DNA of 64,000 bases, taken from assembly GCA_026786345.1 (NCBI GenBank), contig JAJAYD010000114.1, positions 190-64,189 of the forward strand, written 5' to 3'. The notes under the pieces are model-generated. The model was not told the origin of the DNA. It worked only from the letters and a program-made list of their open reading frames with translations, and did not search any database. The DNA is from Chitinophagaceae bacterium. GTDB taxonomy: Bacteria; Bacteroidota; Bacteroidia; Chitinophagales; Chitinophagaceae. This document shows positions 19,817 to 30,243 of the stretch, piece after piece (positions within the stretch are counted from its first letter, which is position 1; each line of letters starts with the position of its first letter). A program made the translations under genes and the position numbers.

Positions 19817-20850
19817 AAATAAACGTATTAAGCGATAAGATTGGTTGGTTTGGTAAATACTCAGGCTATGAATGTTTACCCGACTATTATCCTAAAAGTG
19901 TTGAAAAAACGATAAATATTGCCACCTACAACATATATAACAAAGTACTTGGTAAGTTTTACAAAGTTCAAAACAAGGTAAACAGCAGGTCCGAGGATAT
20001 TTTTAATGAAATAAAATTCTTACGGAAAGCATCATCCAGTGATGCCTCTCATATTTTGTACCTCGAATCTCACATGCATCTTCTTAACGAAATTACACCT
20101 CGCAAAAAGGTGTTTGGTACCATACATCTGCCAGTTTCGACGTGGAGTAAAAACAGGTTATTGATGCTTGAGAATCTTGAAAATGTAATATTACTTTATA
20201 ATGAAGAAGTTGATATTTTCAAGCAATATGTTCCTTCTCAGAAAATTCATGTTATTAAACATGGTGTAGATATTGATTTTTTTAAACCGGGCAACCCGGC
20301 AAGCGTAATAAAAAATAGAATTCTTTTTGTTGGTCATTTTTTGAGAAATTTTGAAATGACGCTGCAGGTTTTTACTACTATAAGAAAGGAAATTTCAAAC
20401 AACCTGGAATTTCATTTTATAATTCCTGCAGCCTTTAGAAATACTCCAGTTATTCAAAAAATTCAACAATTCGATAAGGTTTTTTTCCACGAAAAGCTTT
20501 CTGATGAGGAACTACTGGAGCAATATCAAACAAGCAATTTATTAGTAATGCCAATGGAAGATAGTGGTGCTAATACAGCCATCATACAGGCACTTTCAGT
20601 TGGCCTTCCTATTATAACAACAAATGTGGGAGGTATAAAATCTTATGGTGGTGGAAATGTCTTTCCTATTATTCAAAATAATGATGTTATAGGAATGTGC
20701 GAACTGATATTTAAATATCTTGATAATGACAATTTTAGAAACGAAGTGTCAGCCGATCAAAGAGAGTTTTCTAAAAAATTCCTGGACTGGCACCTGGTAG
20801 CCAAACAACATATAGAGCTATATAAACAGAAAACCCTGCAATTTTCGTAA
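19813..20850 (+). CDS. GT4 glycosyltransferase
   Basis: HGVDIDFF, ILFVG and 'GLPIITTNVGG' motifs; ATGA overlap with the upstream gene. Confidence 0.85.
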   Translation: MKINVLSDKIGWFGKYSGYECLPDYYPKSVEKTINIATYNIYNKVLGKFYKVQNKVNSRSEDIFNEIKFLRKASSSDASHILYLESHMHLLNEITPRKKVFGTIHLPVSTWSKNRLLMLENLENVILLYNEEVDIFKQYVPSQKIHVIKHGVDIDFFKPGNPASVIKNRILFVGHFLRNFEMTLQVFTTIRKEISNNLEFHFIIPAAFRNTPVIQKIQQFDKVFFHEKLSDEELLEQYQTSNLLVMPMEDSGANTAIIQALSVGLPIITTNVGGIKSYGGGNVFPIIQNNDVIGMCELIFKYLDNDNFRNEVSADQREFSKKFLDWHLVAKQHIELYKQKTLQFS

Positions 20851-20925
20851 TAAGATTTTGCCTTCTTTATTGTGTGCTTAAAGGTCTCTATTTATGGCAC
20901 CAAAGCCCAATAACATTTTAACAGC

Positions 20926-21909
20926 ATGATTTCAAGTATTTGTACTCTTTTTGAAGGTCATTATCACTTTGGTGTGGCAGCATTGGCTAATTCTCTAAAT
21001 TATCAGGGATATAAAGGTGTTTTATATGCAGGGTATAGGGGGAAGTTGCCGGATTGGTGTAACAATGGAAATGACAAGAGTGAGCTGACCTGGAAAGGTG
21101 CAACGAAATTTAAAGTGGCCGAAGAATTTTCGATTCAGTTTTTGCCCCTGGATACAGATTATCACTTCACCAATTATAAGCCTGATTTCATGCTGGATCT
21201 TTTGGACGGTCCGTGCAAACAGGTGGAGTCAATCTTCTATTTCGATCCGGATATTGTAATAACAGCAGATTGGAGTTCTTTTGAAGATTGGGTGGATTGT
21301 GGTGTTGCCTTATGTGAAGATGTAAATTCGCCATTGGCTGAAAATCATCCAAGGCGAGCCGCCTGGCGGAGCTACTTTAATCCAAAAGGCTACACGTTAA
21401 AATTTAAAGATAGCATTTATGCTAATGGTGGTTTTATTGGCGTGAATATAGAAAATAGGAGCTTTTTGGACCTTTGGAAAAATATTCAAATAGAAATGGC
21501 TCCACGGGTAGGCGGACTAAATAGGTCTGCACTTAGTGGAAAAAAAATTCCAAAAGAAGAACGCGGCCCTTTTTCTCCATTTTCTAAAACCGACCAGGAT
21601 GCACTCAACGCAGCTATAGAGGCATGGCAAGGTAAAGTTAGTTTATTAGGTAAAGAAGCCATGGGTTTTGCTTCGGGCTTAACCATAATGCCGCATGCAT
21701 TAGGCCATCCCAAACCATGGAAATGGAAAACTCTATCCCAGGTTTTAAACGGGGCTCCTCCCCGCCTGGTTGACAGGGAATATTGGAAAGCAGTTAATGG
21801 GCCTATTATAACGCATTCGGCCGGGATGGTTAGAAGAAGAAAAATATTTATAGATTTGGCAGCTTTTGTTGGCAGGTTCTATAGGCGGGGTGGAAATTCG
21901 TTGTATTAG
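20926..21909 (+). CDS. Hypothetical protein with GT-A/GT8-like motifs
   Basis: YFDPDIV (DxD), ANGGFIG, DQDALN and H..G.PKPW resemble GT8-like signatures. Confidence 0.6.
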   Translation: MISSICTLFEGHYHFGVAALANSLNYQGYKGVLYAGYRGKLPDWCNNGNDKSELTWKGATKFKVAEEFSIQFLPLDTDYHFTNYKPDFMLDLLDGPCKQVESIFYFDPDIVITADWSSFEDWVDCGVALCEDVNSPLAENHPRRAAWRSYFNPKGYTLKFKDSIYANGGFIGVNIENRSFLDLWKNIQIEMAPRVGGLNRSALSGKKIPKEERGPFSPFSKTDQDALNAAIEAWQGKVSLLGKEAMGFASGLTIMPHALGHPKPWKWKTLSQVLNGAPPRLVDREYWKAVNGPIITHSAGMVRRRKIFIDLAAFVGRFYRRGGNSLY

Positions 21910-21939
21910 GTACATAAATAATTCAGACCTTTTTTATAG

Positions 21940-23085
21940 ATGACCATTGTTTTTTTGTGTGGATCAATTGAGCCAGGTTGCGATGGTGTAGGAGATTATA
22001 CAAGAAGATTATCAAAGGAACTCTTAATAAATCACAAAGTTTCTATAATAGGCTTGAATGATCGATACGTGTCAGCGGTCCAACAAAGGGCAAGCAGAGA
22101 TCGTGCTCAAATTGGAGAATATAGAATTCCAGCAAGTATTACTACGAAGAATAGAATTGCTTTAGCTAAAGACTGGATTAATCAAATTAATCCTGACGTA
22201 ATTAGCCTGCAATTTGTTATCTACTCATTTCATGAAAAGGGTTTACCATTTGGTTTTAAAAATACTATTGGTAATATTTGCAATGAAAGGTTTTTGCATA
22301 TAATGTTTCATGAAACGTGGTTAGGAGTTACCAAATCAGCGTCCTTTAAAGATAAAATATATGGTTTTCTGCAGAAGAGAATAATTTTATCATTAGTTAA
22401 GACTTCGCAACCTCGTCTCATTACAACAACTAATGGTTTATATAAAACCTTATTGAGCGAAGTGAATATTACCGCAAAAATAGTTCCTTTATTTAGCAAT
22501 ATTTCTATTGCTGATAAAGATGAAGTGTTTTTAAAAAAAATATATTCCGAGTTAAATCTGGATGTAAATAGGTCTTATTATATAGTAGGTGTGTTTGGTA
22601 ATATTTATAATGACAGCAATATAAGGGATGGTATTATTGAATTTGAAAACAGTAAAAAAAGTGAGAATATTACAACGGTTGTATTAGGTTTTGGAAAAAT
22701 TAGCGAAAGGGCAGCTTCAATATTTCAGCAACTACATTTTGAATTTTCAAACAGAATTATTATTAAACATTTGGGCGAATTTGAGCCGAAGCAATTGAGT
22801 AATTTAATTCAAATTTTAGATGTTGCAATTTCTCCTACTCCTGCTAAGCACATTGGTAAAAGTGGTGTCTATGCAGCTTTGCGATTGCACGGTAAAGCAG
22901 TAATTATACCTAATACTAAATTATTTCCTGAGTATGAGCATGAAATTATGGATTTTAATAAACAATTGGAATTAAGATCAGCGGAGTCTTTTGATGTAGC
23001 TAATGTTGCAAAAGATTTTTCAAGGCTTATCTCCCAGGCAATTCAAAATTCAAATTCAAATAAGAAACTAAGTACAACTTTTTAG
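21940..23085 (+). CDS. Divergent GT4-like glycosyltransferase
   Basis: N-terminal 'DGVGDYTRRL', MFHETW and KSGVYAA motifs; operon context. Confidence 0.7.
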   Translation: MTIVFLCGSIEPGCDGVGDYTRRLSKELLINHKVSIIGLNDRYVSAVQQRASRDRAQIGEYRIPASITTKNRIALAKDWINQINPDVISLQFVIYSFHEKGLPFGFKNTIGNICNERFLHIMFHETWLGVTKSASFKDKIYGFLQKRIILSLVKTSQPRLITTTNGLYKTLLSEVNITAKIVPLFSNISIADKDEVFLKKIYSELNLDVNRSYYIVGVFGNIYNDSNIRDGIIEFENSKKSENITTVVLGFGKISERAASIFQQLHFEFSNRIIIKHLGEFEPKQLSNLIQILDVAISPTPAKHIGKSGVYAALRLHGKAVIIPNTKLFPEYEHEIMDFNKQLELRSAESFDVANVAKDFSRLISQAIQNSNSNKKLSTTF

Positions 23086-23105
23086 GGTTAACAAATTAGG
23101 TAAAA

Positions 23106-24116
23106 ATGAAAGTATCCGTTTGCATTCCAACTTTTAACCAGGCATCATACATTGAGCAAACTATTAAAAGTTGTACGCAACAAACGCTTAAGCCATTCGA
23201 AATAATAGTCTCCAACGATTGCAGTACCGATAATACTTCAGAAGTTTTAAACAGGCTTTCCCGCGAAATAAGTATTTTAAAAGTAATTAATCAACCTGGG
23301 AATAGAGGGATGGTTCCGAACACCGACGCTGTTTTAAGAGCGGCTTCCGGCGACTATATTGTTAAGCTTGATTCCGATGATTATTTGGCTTCAACTTATA
23401 TAGAAAAACTTTCAGGCTTGTTAGATATACATTCTACTGCCGGATACGCTCATGGCGCAGTTCAGGAAATTGACGGAAAAGGAGAATTTAAGAAGCAAAG
23501 AATTCTTGCACGCAAAACCGGTTTTTATGATTCAAGTAAGGCTTTAAGAAATGCTATTTACGGATACCAGGTAGCAGCAAATATTATCATGTTTCGGAGA
23601 AATGCGTTGGAAAAGGTTGGATTTATTACTGCCAAAACCAACTTTGCGGAAGACTTTTACTTATCTGCCCAATTAGCCGCTGCAAATTATGGTAACGTTT
23701 ATTTTAGTGAAATTCTTTCGTTTTATAGAGTTTGGGAAGATGATGGGAAAGTTCGTCAGCGTAGAAAGCTTGCCGAAATTATTGCCCTAAGAAAGGTTTT
23801 TGAAGAAGTAATTGAGCCGGCTTTCAAAAAGAGAAATTGGGGAATGGAAAATTTATATGCCAGCAAAGCAAATTTTGCTTGTAACCAGGCCGATTGTTTA
23901 GGATGGAAGTTGTATACACGTCCGGAAAAGGATGAGTTAGCGGAAGAATTGGCCAAATTATCTTCTGCGCCCAGGGTTAGGTTGTATATGAAAATGTATT
24001 TAAACCAGTTTGGGGGAATTATAAAAGCAGGAAAAAAAGTGATTACTGCGCCGAAGTTAATTCTCAAAACCGCTTACTTTTTTTACACATCCCGCTTAAG
24101 AAGTTTAAAAAGCTAA
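23106..24116 (+). CDS. GT2 glycosyltransferase
   Basis: VSVCIPTFN, NDCSTD, LDSDD and AED motifs. Confidence 0.9.
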   Translation: MKVSVCIPTFNQASYIEQTIKSCTQQTLKPFEIIVSNDCSTDNTSEVLNRLSREISILKVINQPGNRGMVPNTDAVLRAASGDYIVKLDSDDYLASTYIEKLSGLLDIHSTAGYAHGAVQEIDGKGEFKKQRILARKTGFYDSSKALRNAIYGYQVAANIIMFRRNALEKVGFITAKTNFAEDFYLSAQLAAANYGNVYFSEILSFYRVWEDDGKVRQRRKLAEIIALRKVFEEVIEPAFKKRNWGMENLYASKANFACNQADCLGWKLYTRPEKDELAEELAKLSSAPRVRLYMKMYLNQFGGIIKAGKKVITAPKLILKTAYFFYTSRLRSLKS

Positions 24117-24123
24117 ACATATC

Positions 24124-25380
24124 TTGTCAGTAATTATTTCACATCCTACCGGTAACAAAAATGTAAGAGCCGTACTGGAAGGATTAGATAGTGAGGGCTT
24201 ACTTGAAGAATTTCATACTACCCTACTTGCTGATGCACATTCAGCCTGGGTAAAATTATTACCTGCTTCGTTTCGTAATGAATGGCTGCGTAAAACATAC
24301 CCGGTTGGTAGCAATAAAGTTATCACGCATCCTGCGTTAGAAATAGCCAGAATGCTATTTTTAAAATTAGGAATTAAGGGACCCATACGAACGGAGTACG
24401 GATGGGCAAGTGTTGATGCGGTGTACCACAATTTGGATACCGTTGTGTCGAAAAGAATTTCAGAACTTAAGAAACAGAAGGATATAAAAGCAGTATACGC
24501 CTATGAAGACGGCGCACTTTCGACTTTTAAAGTTGCCAAAAAATTAGGTATAAAGTGTATTTACGATTTACCCATTGCTTATTGGGAAACCAGCCTGAAA
24601 CTATTAAAGGAGGAAGCTAACCGATTACCCCAATGGGCCGCTACAATAGGAGGCGGAACTACAGCTTCAGAAGCTAAGCTGGAGCGTAAAATACAAGAAT
24701 TAGAACTTGCAGATACCGTTGTATGCCCGGGAACTTTCGTAAGAAATTCAATTCCCATATGGGCTTTAAACAAACAAATCATTATGTCCCCCTTTGGTTC
24801 GCCGCAAAACGTAAGCAAGGCCCCGGTTTCTAACGAAAGAAAAGGAAAGCCATTGCGTGTTTTGTTTGCCGGTTCTATGGGTCAACGTAAAGGTCTTGGC
24901 GATTTATTTGCCGCTTTTCGATTACTCAATACTGATAAAGTTGAGTTAGTTGTAATGGGCTCTCCGCTGGCATCGATGGATTTTTATAAAAGTGAGTTTA
25001 ATAATTTTACTTACGAGCCGGGGCGCCAGCATGAAAAGGTTTTAGAGTTAATGCGTTCATGTGATGTTTTATGCCTGCCATCCATTGTTGAGGGACGAGC
25101 ACTTGTTATGCAAGAGGCAATGAGCCAGGGATTACCAGTGCTAATAACCCCTAATACAGGGGGTGAAGATCTTATAATTGAAGGCAGCACAGGTTTCCTT
25201 GTGCCAATAAGATCACCAGAGGTTATTGCAGAAAAAATTTCATGGCTGCTTGATAATCGTGACTCAATCTCAGAAATGGGAAATATGGCACGTCAACATG
25301 CTTTGAGTTATACATGGGAAAAATACCAGCAAAATATCATCCAAAGTTTACGATCAGATTTTCATTTCGTTTATAATTGA
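24124..25380 (+). CDS. GT4 glycosyltransferase
   Basis: LFAGSMGQRKG and PSIVEG...EAMSQGLPV motifs; TTG start. Confidence 0.88.
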   Translation: MSVIISHPTGNKNVRAVLEGLDSEGLLEEFHTTLLADAHSAWVKLLPASFRNEWLRKTYPVGSNKVITHPALEIARMLFLKLGIKGPIRTEYGWASVDAVYHNLDTVVSKRISELKKQKDIKAVYAYEDGALSTFKVAKKLGIKCIYDLPIAYWETSLKLLKEEANRLPQWAATIGGGTTASEAKLERKIQELELADTVVCPGTFVRNSIPIWALNKQIIMSPFGSPQNVSKAPVSNERKGKPLRVLFAGSMGQRKGLGDLFAAFRLLNTDKVELVVMGSPLASMDFYKSEFNNFTYEPGRQHEKVLELMRSCDVLCLPSIVEGRALVMQEAMSQGLPVLITPNTGGEDLIIEGSTGFLVPIRSPEVIAEKISWLLDNRDSISEMGNMARQHALSYTWEKYQQNIIQSLRSDFHFVYN

Positions 25381-25500
25381 TATATTAGTATCTGTTTGTT
25401 GACTATTTGCCACACTAAATACTGCTTTTTTCCTTAGTGTATAACACAGTAAATTTGTACAATTGGCATAGCAAACAGTTAAGAAAAGTTACTGCGTTTA

Positions 25501-26898
25501 TTGACCAATATTTTTGATTTTAGAATGAATTCTATAGATACATCAGTACAACCGACCAATTTCGAAACAAAGTTTTCGGAAATGCAGCATACAACAAATA
25601 TGCTTTATAAAAAGTCAAATGCTGAAACAAGTCTGCTACTCAAAAAGGGAATTTGGATGTACCTGTTTCTTTTAATTTTTGAAGGTGCCTTAAGAAAGTG
25701 GGTACTTCCGGGCCTGGCTACACCATTACTTATTATCAGAGATCCTTTAGCTGTTTGGATGTTAGTTATGGCATATCAAAATGGATTATTTAAAATGAAC
25801 TCTTTTGTTATGTGGATGGGGGCTATTGGTATAATCGGAATTTTTACAGCCGTTTTGTTTGGACATGGAAACCTTTTTGTTGCGCTTTTCGGTGCTAGAA
25901 TCCTGCTTATTCATTTCCCTTTGATTTTTTTGATAGGCAAGGTTTTCAATTATGAAGATGTTGTAAAAATGGGTAAAACCATACTCTTTATATCTATACC
26001 AATGGCTCTTTTAGTTATTATGCAGTTCTATAGTCCTCAATCAGCTTGGGTAAACAGGGGTGTTGGAGGGGATATGAGTGGTGCAGGGTTTGACGGAGCC
26101 ATGGGGTTTTTTAGGCCACCTGCAACTTTTTCTTTTATAACAGGTACCGTATCTTACTATACATTGTCTGCTAGTTATGTTGTTTTTTTCTGGCTAAATA
26201 AAAAAGGGATCAATCCGCTGGTTTTGTATGCCGCCACAGCAGCTTTAATCATTGTAATACCTTTATCAATAAGCCGAAGTTTATTTTTTGGCGTTGCATT
26301 GTGTCTTGTTTTTACTGCAATAGCCATTTCCAGAAAATCTGAGTATGTAGGCAAAATGATATTTGGAGCAACCATTGTTTTTCTAGTTTTGTCTTACTTA
26401 GCAAGCAAAAGCTTTTTTGCAACAGGAACCGCAGCTTTTACCAGTCGATTTGAAACAGCTAATGTTTCCGAAGGGGGTTTAAACGGAGTTTTAATCGATC
26501 GGTTTTTTGGGGGTATGTTTGGAGCATTAAAACAATCCTGGGAGCAATCTTTTTTTGGCTTGGGTCAAGGGTTAGGTACAAATGTTGGCAGTATGCTAAC
26601 AACAGGTGGTATGTCTTTTTTGGTTGCCGAAGGGGAATGGGGTAGGGTAATTGGTGAAATGGGGCCTTTAATGGGCCTGATTATTATTGTAACCAGGTTA
26701 AATCTCAGCCTTAAAATTGCAATTGCTTCGTATACTAGTTTGGCAAAGGGCAATCTTTTACCCTGGATGCTATTAAGTATAATACTTATTAATTTGCCGC
26801 AAGGTCAATGGGCTCAACCTTCTATATTAGGGTTTAGCGTATTGGTTTGCGGCCTGGCAGTCGCAGCTATCAAAGGACCAACTAAAAAACTTACTTAA
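25501..26898 (+). CDS. Multi-pass membrane protein, Wzy polymerase / O-antigen ligase-like
   Basis: About 10-12 TM segments; FEGALRKW, RP.ATFSF, SISRS, G.GLG and E.G..G motifs typical of Wzy_C-like proteins. The start may be a downstream ATG. Confidence 0.7.
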   Translation: MTNIFDFRMNSIDTSVQPTNFETKFSEMQHTTNMLYKKSNAETSLLLKKGIWMYLFLLIFEGALRKWVLPGLATPLLIIRDPLAVWMLVMAYQNGLFKMNSFVMWMGAIGIIGIFTAVLFGHGNLFVALFGARILLIHFPLIFLIGKVFNYEDVVKMGKTILFISIPMALLVIMQFYSPQSAWVNRGVGGDMSGAGFDGAMGFFRPPATFSFITGTVSYYTLSASYVVFFWLNKKGINPLVLYAATAALIIVIPLSISRSLFFGVALCLVFTAIAISRKSEYVGKMIFGATIVFLVLSYLASKSFFATGTAAFTSRFETANVSEGGLNGVLIDRFFGGMFGALKQSWEQSFFGLGQGLGTNVGSMLTTGGMSFLVAEGEWGRVIGEMGPLMGLIIIVTRLNLSLKIAIASYTSLAKGNLLPWMLLSIILINLPQGQWAQPSILGFSVLVCGLAVAAIKGPTKKLT

Positions 26899-26911
26899 CT
26901 ATTTTGTTACT

Positions 26912-28219
26912 ATGAACCTGGTTTTATTTACACATCCTGAATTTCTTTCGCAACAGAGTATGCCTCGTTATGCAAAAATGATTCAGGATGGTATGATTAA
27001 AAGAGGTCACACAGTTGAAATTTGGACTCCAACAAGCCGGGTCTATAAATTACCTTTTGGAAAAAGTTTTAAAAAATGGCTGGGATATGTTGACCAGTTT
27101 TTAATTTTTCCATTCGAAGTAAAAAACAGGTTAAAGAAGTTACCTGTGGATACTTTATTCGTTTTTACCGACCATGCCCTTGGGCCATGGGTACCCCTGG
27201 TAAAAAACAGGTTGCAAATAATACATTGTCATGATTTTTTGGCTCAGCATTCTGCGCTGGGAACTGTACCAGAAAATCGCACAAGCTGGACAGGGCGTTT
27301 GTATCAAAAAATTATCAGAAAAGGATATGTAAAAGGGAGGAATTTTATTTCCGTTTCTCAAAATACCCGGTACGATTTACATAAATTTCTTAGTCGCGTT
27401 CCAAAAATTTCTGAGGTGGTTTATAACGGATTGAACCAGTGTTTTGAGTGTGGAGATGTTTATGTAGCAAGGGAACATTTCAGTACTTTGATAAATAGGG
27501 ATTTATCTCAAGGGTATCTTTTGCATATTGGTGGAAACAATTGGTATAAAAATCGTGGGGGTGTAATTGAAATTTATTGTGGGTGGAGAAAGGACAGCAA
27601 ATACAAATTGCCTTTATTATTAGTAGGATCTTCGCCGTCTAAATCGTTAATTGACCAACGGAATGAATCGCCATACAAAAACGATATATTTTTTTTAAAC
27701 GATATTGACGACAATGGACTAAAACTGGCTTATCATGGCGCAAGTTTATTTTTATTTCCATCGTTGGCCGAAGGCTTTGGATGGCCAATTGCTGAAGCTA
27801 TGGCTTCGGGGTGTCCGGTACTAACAACTAACCGGGCACCTATGACAGAAGTTGCGGGTACCGCTGCTTTTTTAATTCCGCGCATGCCTGCAGATCCGGG
27901 TTTAGTTAAAGACTGGGTTTGTAAAGCCAGAGAGGTTATTGATTTAGTTTTGAATCTCGATACTGAAGAAAGAAACAAAATTGTTAGTTCTGGTCTTATA
28001 AATGCTTTAAGGTTCAATACAGAATATGCATTGGATAAGATTGAAAATATCTATTTAGAAGTAATACAAGGGCAAAAATTAAAAGGTAAAGAAACTTCAA
28101 CCCATTCAAAAATAGCATTAACACCTCAGGAAAACTATAAAGGTCCATTTGTAATCCCCATTATATTGGTCTGTATTTTTGGTATAGAAATGATTGAGTT
28201 TTCATGCCGTATATTTTAA
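26912..28219 (+). CDS. GT4 glycosyltransferase
   Basis: YKNR, FPSLAEGFGWPIAEAMASGCPV and EVAG motifs. Confidence 0.9.
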   Translation: MNLVLFTHPEFLSQQSMPRYAKMIQDGMIKRGHTVEIWTPTSRVYKLPFGKSFKKWLGYVDQFLIFPFEVKNRLKKLPVDTLFVFTDHALGPWVPLVKNRLQIIHCHDFLAQHSALGTVPENRTSWTGRLYQKIIRKGYVKGRNFISVSQNTRYDLHKFLSRVPKISEVVYNGLNQCFECGDVYVAREHFSTLINRDLSQGYLLHIGGNNWYKNRGGVIEIYCGWRKDSKYKLPLLLVGSSPSKSLIDQRNESPYKNDIFFLNDIDDNGLKLAYHGASLFLFPSLAEGFGWPIAEAMASGCPVLTTNRAPMTEVAGTAAFLIPRMPADPGLVKDWVCKAREVIDLVLNLDTEERNKIVSSGLINALRFNTEYALDKIENIYLEVIQGQKLKGKETSTHSKIALTPQENYKGPFVIPIILVCIFGIEMIEFSCRIF

Positions 28220-28405
28220 TTTGTATAAACAAAATTAAAAAAGTTTAAGGCATTGTCTTTCAACAAATTTTTAATTTTTCCGTCTATACACTTTTATTTA
28301 TAATTCATTTTTATTTATAAATTTCTTCTAAAAAAAGAGCCTTCGTTTAGGTTTGTTTTATTAATTTATTTTGGAAGTTAACGCTTTGATCAAAACCCGA
28401 ATAAG

Positions 28406-30217
28406 ATGTGCGGTATAGTTGGAAAAATAAGTTTCAATGAACAGCTTTGTGAGCTCCCTTCTTTGGAAGATATTAAACATAGAGGACCAGACGGAAATGG
28501 AGAGTGGTTTAACCCCGAAAAAACTATTTATTTTGGCCATACCAGGTTGGCAATATTAGAGCCAACACCGGCAGGTCATCAACCAATGCATAGTAATGGC
28601 GGCAGGTATACCATTGTTTTTAATGGAGAAATATACAACCACCAGAAGTTAAGAGCTTATGTTCCAGGTTTTAATTGGATCGGTAATTCAGATACAGAAA
28701 CACTATTAGAGCTATTTAAAGTAAAAGGATTGGAAACATTAAACCTATTGAAAGGAATGTTTGCTTTTGCTTTGTACGACGAATCTGATAAATCAGTACT
28801 CTTGGTTCGCGATCGGCTTGGAATAAAACCACTGTGGGTAAAAACATCTGAAAGCGATCTGTCATTTTGTTCAGAGATACTTGCATTAATTGATAATACT
28901 ACAGGTAACTTATGCGATAGGGCACTAAGTGAGTACATTGGATTTGGACATTTACCTGCAAGTGGGCAGGTATTTAAAAATGTTGAAGCCCTTTTGCCCG
29001 GAAGTTTCATGAAAATTTCGAATGATGGCAAAATAATTCAGGAGCAGTGGTGGCCTAAAAACAATTTTTTAAATACCGGCGTTAAGAATAAAATAAAGGC
29101 AACAAGCCTGGTTAAAAAGTTAGTTACAACAGCCATTGAAGAACATTTAATAAGCGATGTAGGAGTGGGTGCATTTTTAAGTGGAGGAATTGATTCTAGT
29201 ATTGTAGCCTTGGTAGCAGGTAAAGTTTTAGGTAAAAATCTTCAAACATTTACAGTCGGTTTTCCTCAAAGCGGTTTTGATGAGCGATTGATTGCCAGAA
29301 AAGTAGCCAGGCTTTGTGGCTCTGAGCATTTTGAATTGGAAATCACTGAAAATGATTGCCTCTCATCTGTACAACAAGCTGTAGAATGCCTCGATGTTCC
29401 CTCGGTTGATGCAATTAACACTTTTATAGTATCGAAGGCTGTTAGACAAACTGGATTAAAAGTTGCCCTGTCTGGTTTGGGCGGCGATGAGCTCTTTGGA
29501 GGTTATCCAAGTTTTAAAAGTGTTCCAGTCATCGATAAATTAAGTATTTTACCTCCTGCGGTTCAACAATTAATTTTAAATCTTTTACCAGTTAGTGCAA
29601 AAGAAAAACTAGGAGGAATTGAGCATTTATCTCCCGAGGAAATAACAATTTCGAGAAGAAGATTTATGTCGATTAAGCAACTCAAAGAAAATGGGCTTGG
29701 GAACGGTCTTCCTTCTATCTTAAATATGCCCCACGGTTTAGACACAATGGGTAAAATTTCCTGGGCTGAAATGCAGGGATATATGGGTCCCATGCTGTTG
29801 CGTGATAGCGATCAAATGAGCATGGCTGTTGGTTTAGAGCTTAGGGTTCCATTTTTAGATCATGAATTGGTTGAGGAGGTGCTGAGCCTGCCCCAGAGAT
29901 ATAAAAAGGGCATAGGTGTTAAGCCACTGCTCGTAAAAGCATTCAGCGATATTTTACCGGTTGAAGTTTACAATCGTCCCAAACAAGGATTTGCATTGCC
30001 CATGGAAGATTGGATTAAAGGCCCGTTATATGATTTTACGCTTCAGGGCTTAAAGGCTGCTGTCGAATTTACAGGCATCAAAGCACCTTTATTGCAACTT
30101 CAAAAATTTGAACAAGGCAACCAACACTGGACAAGGGTTTGGAAATGGAGTGTATTGGGCCATTGGCTCCTAAAGCAGCATTCATTATCTACTAATTCTT
30201 GTTTGGCCGAGGTATAG
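28406..30217 (+). CDS. asnB: Asparagine-synthase-like glutamine amidotransferase (probably amidates a uronic acid in the polysaccharide)
   Basis: MCGI (Ntn Cys), HRGPD, FNGEIYN, LSGGIDSS, SGLGGDELF and RVPFLD motifs. Confidence 0.9.
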   Translation: MCGIVGKISFNEQLCELPSLEDIKHRGPDGNGEWFNPEKTIYFGHTRLAILEPTPAGHQPMHSNGGRYTIVFNGEIYNHQKLRAYVPGFNWIGNSDTETLLELFKVKGLETLNLLKGMFAFALYDESDKSVLLVRDRLGIKPLWVKTSESDLSFCSEILALIDNTTGNLCDRALSEYIGFGHLPASGQVFKNVEALLPGSFMKISNDGKIIQEQWWPKNNFLNTGVKNKIKATSLVKKLVTTAIEEHLISDVGVGAFLSGGIDSSIVALVAGKVLGKNLQTFTVGFPQSGFDERLIARKVARLCGSEHFELEITENDCLSSVQQAVECLDVPSVDAINTFIVSKAVRQTGLKVALSGLGGDELFGGYPSFKSVPVIDKLSILPPAVQQLILNLLPVSAKEKLGGIEHLSPEEITISRRRFMSIKQLKENGLGNGLPSILNMPHGLDTMGKISWAEMQGYMGPMLLRDSDQMSMAVGLELRVPFLDHELVEEVLSLPQRYKKGIGVKPLLVKAFSDILPVEVYNRPKQGFALPMEDWIKGPLYDFTLQGLKAAVEFTGIKAPLLQLQKFEQGNQHWTRVWKWSVLGHWLLKQHSLSTNSCLAEV

Positions 30218-30243
30218 CTGCCCGTAAAAACTCCCTTTACTAA

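Noticed and set aside
28406-30217. Lasso peptide cyclase or beta-lactam synthetase
   Set aside because: It has an intact N-terminal Cys glutaminase domain, no precursor, leader peptidase or RRE gene nearby, and is flanked by glycosyltransferases.
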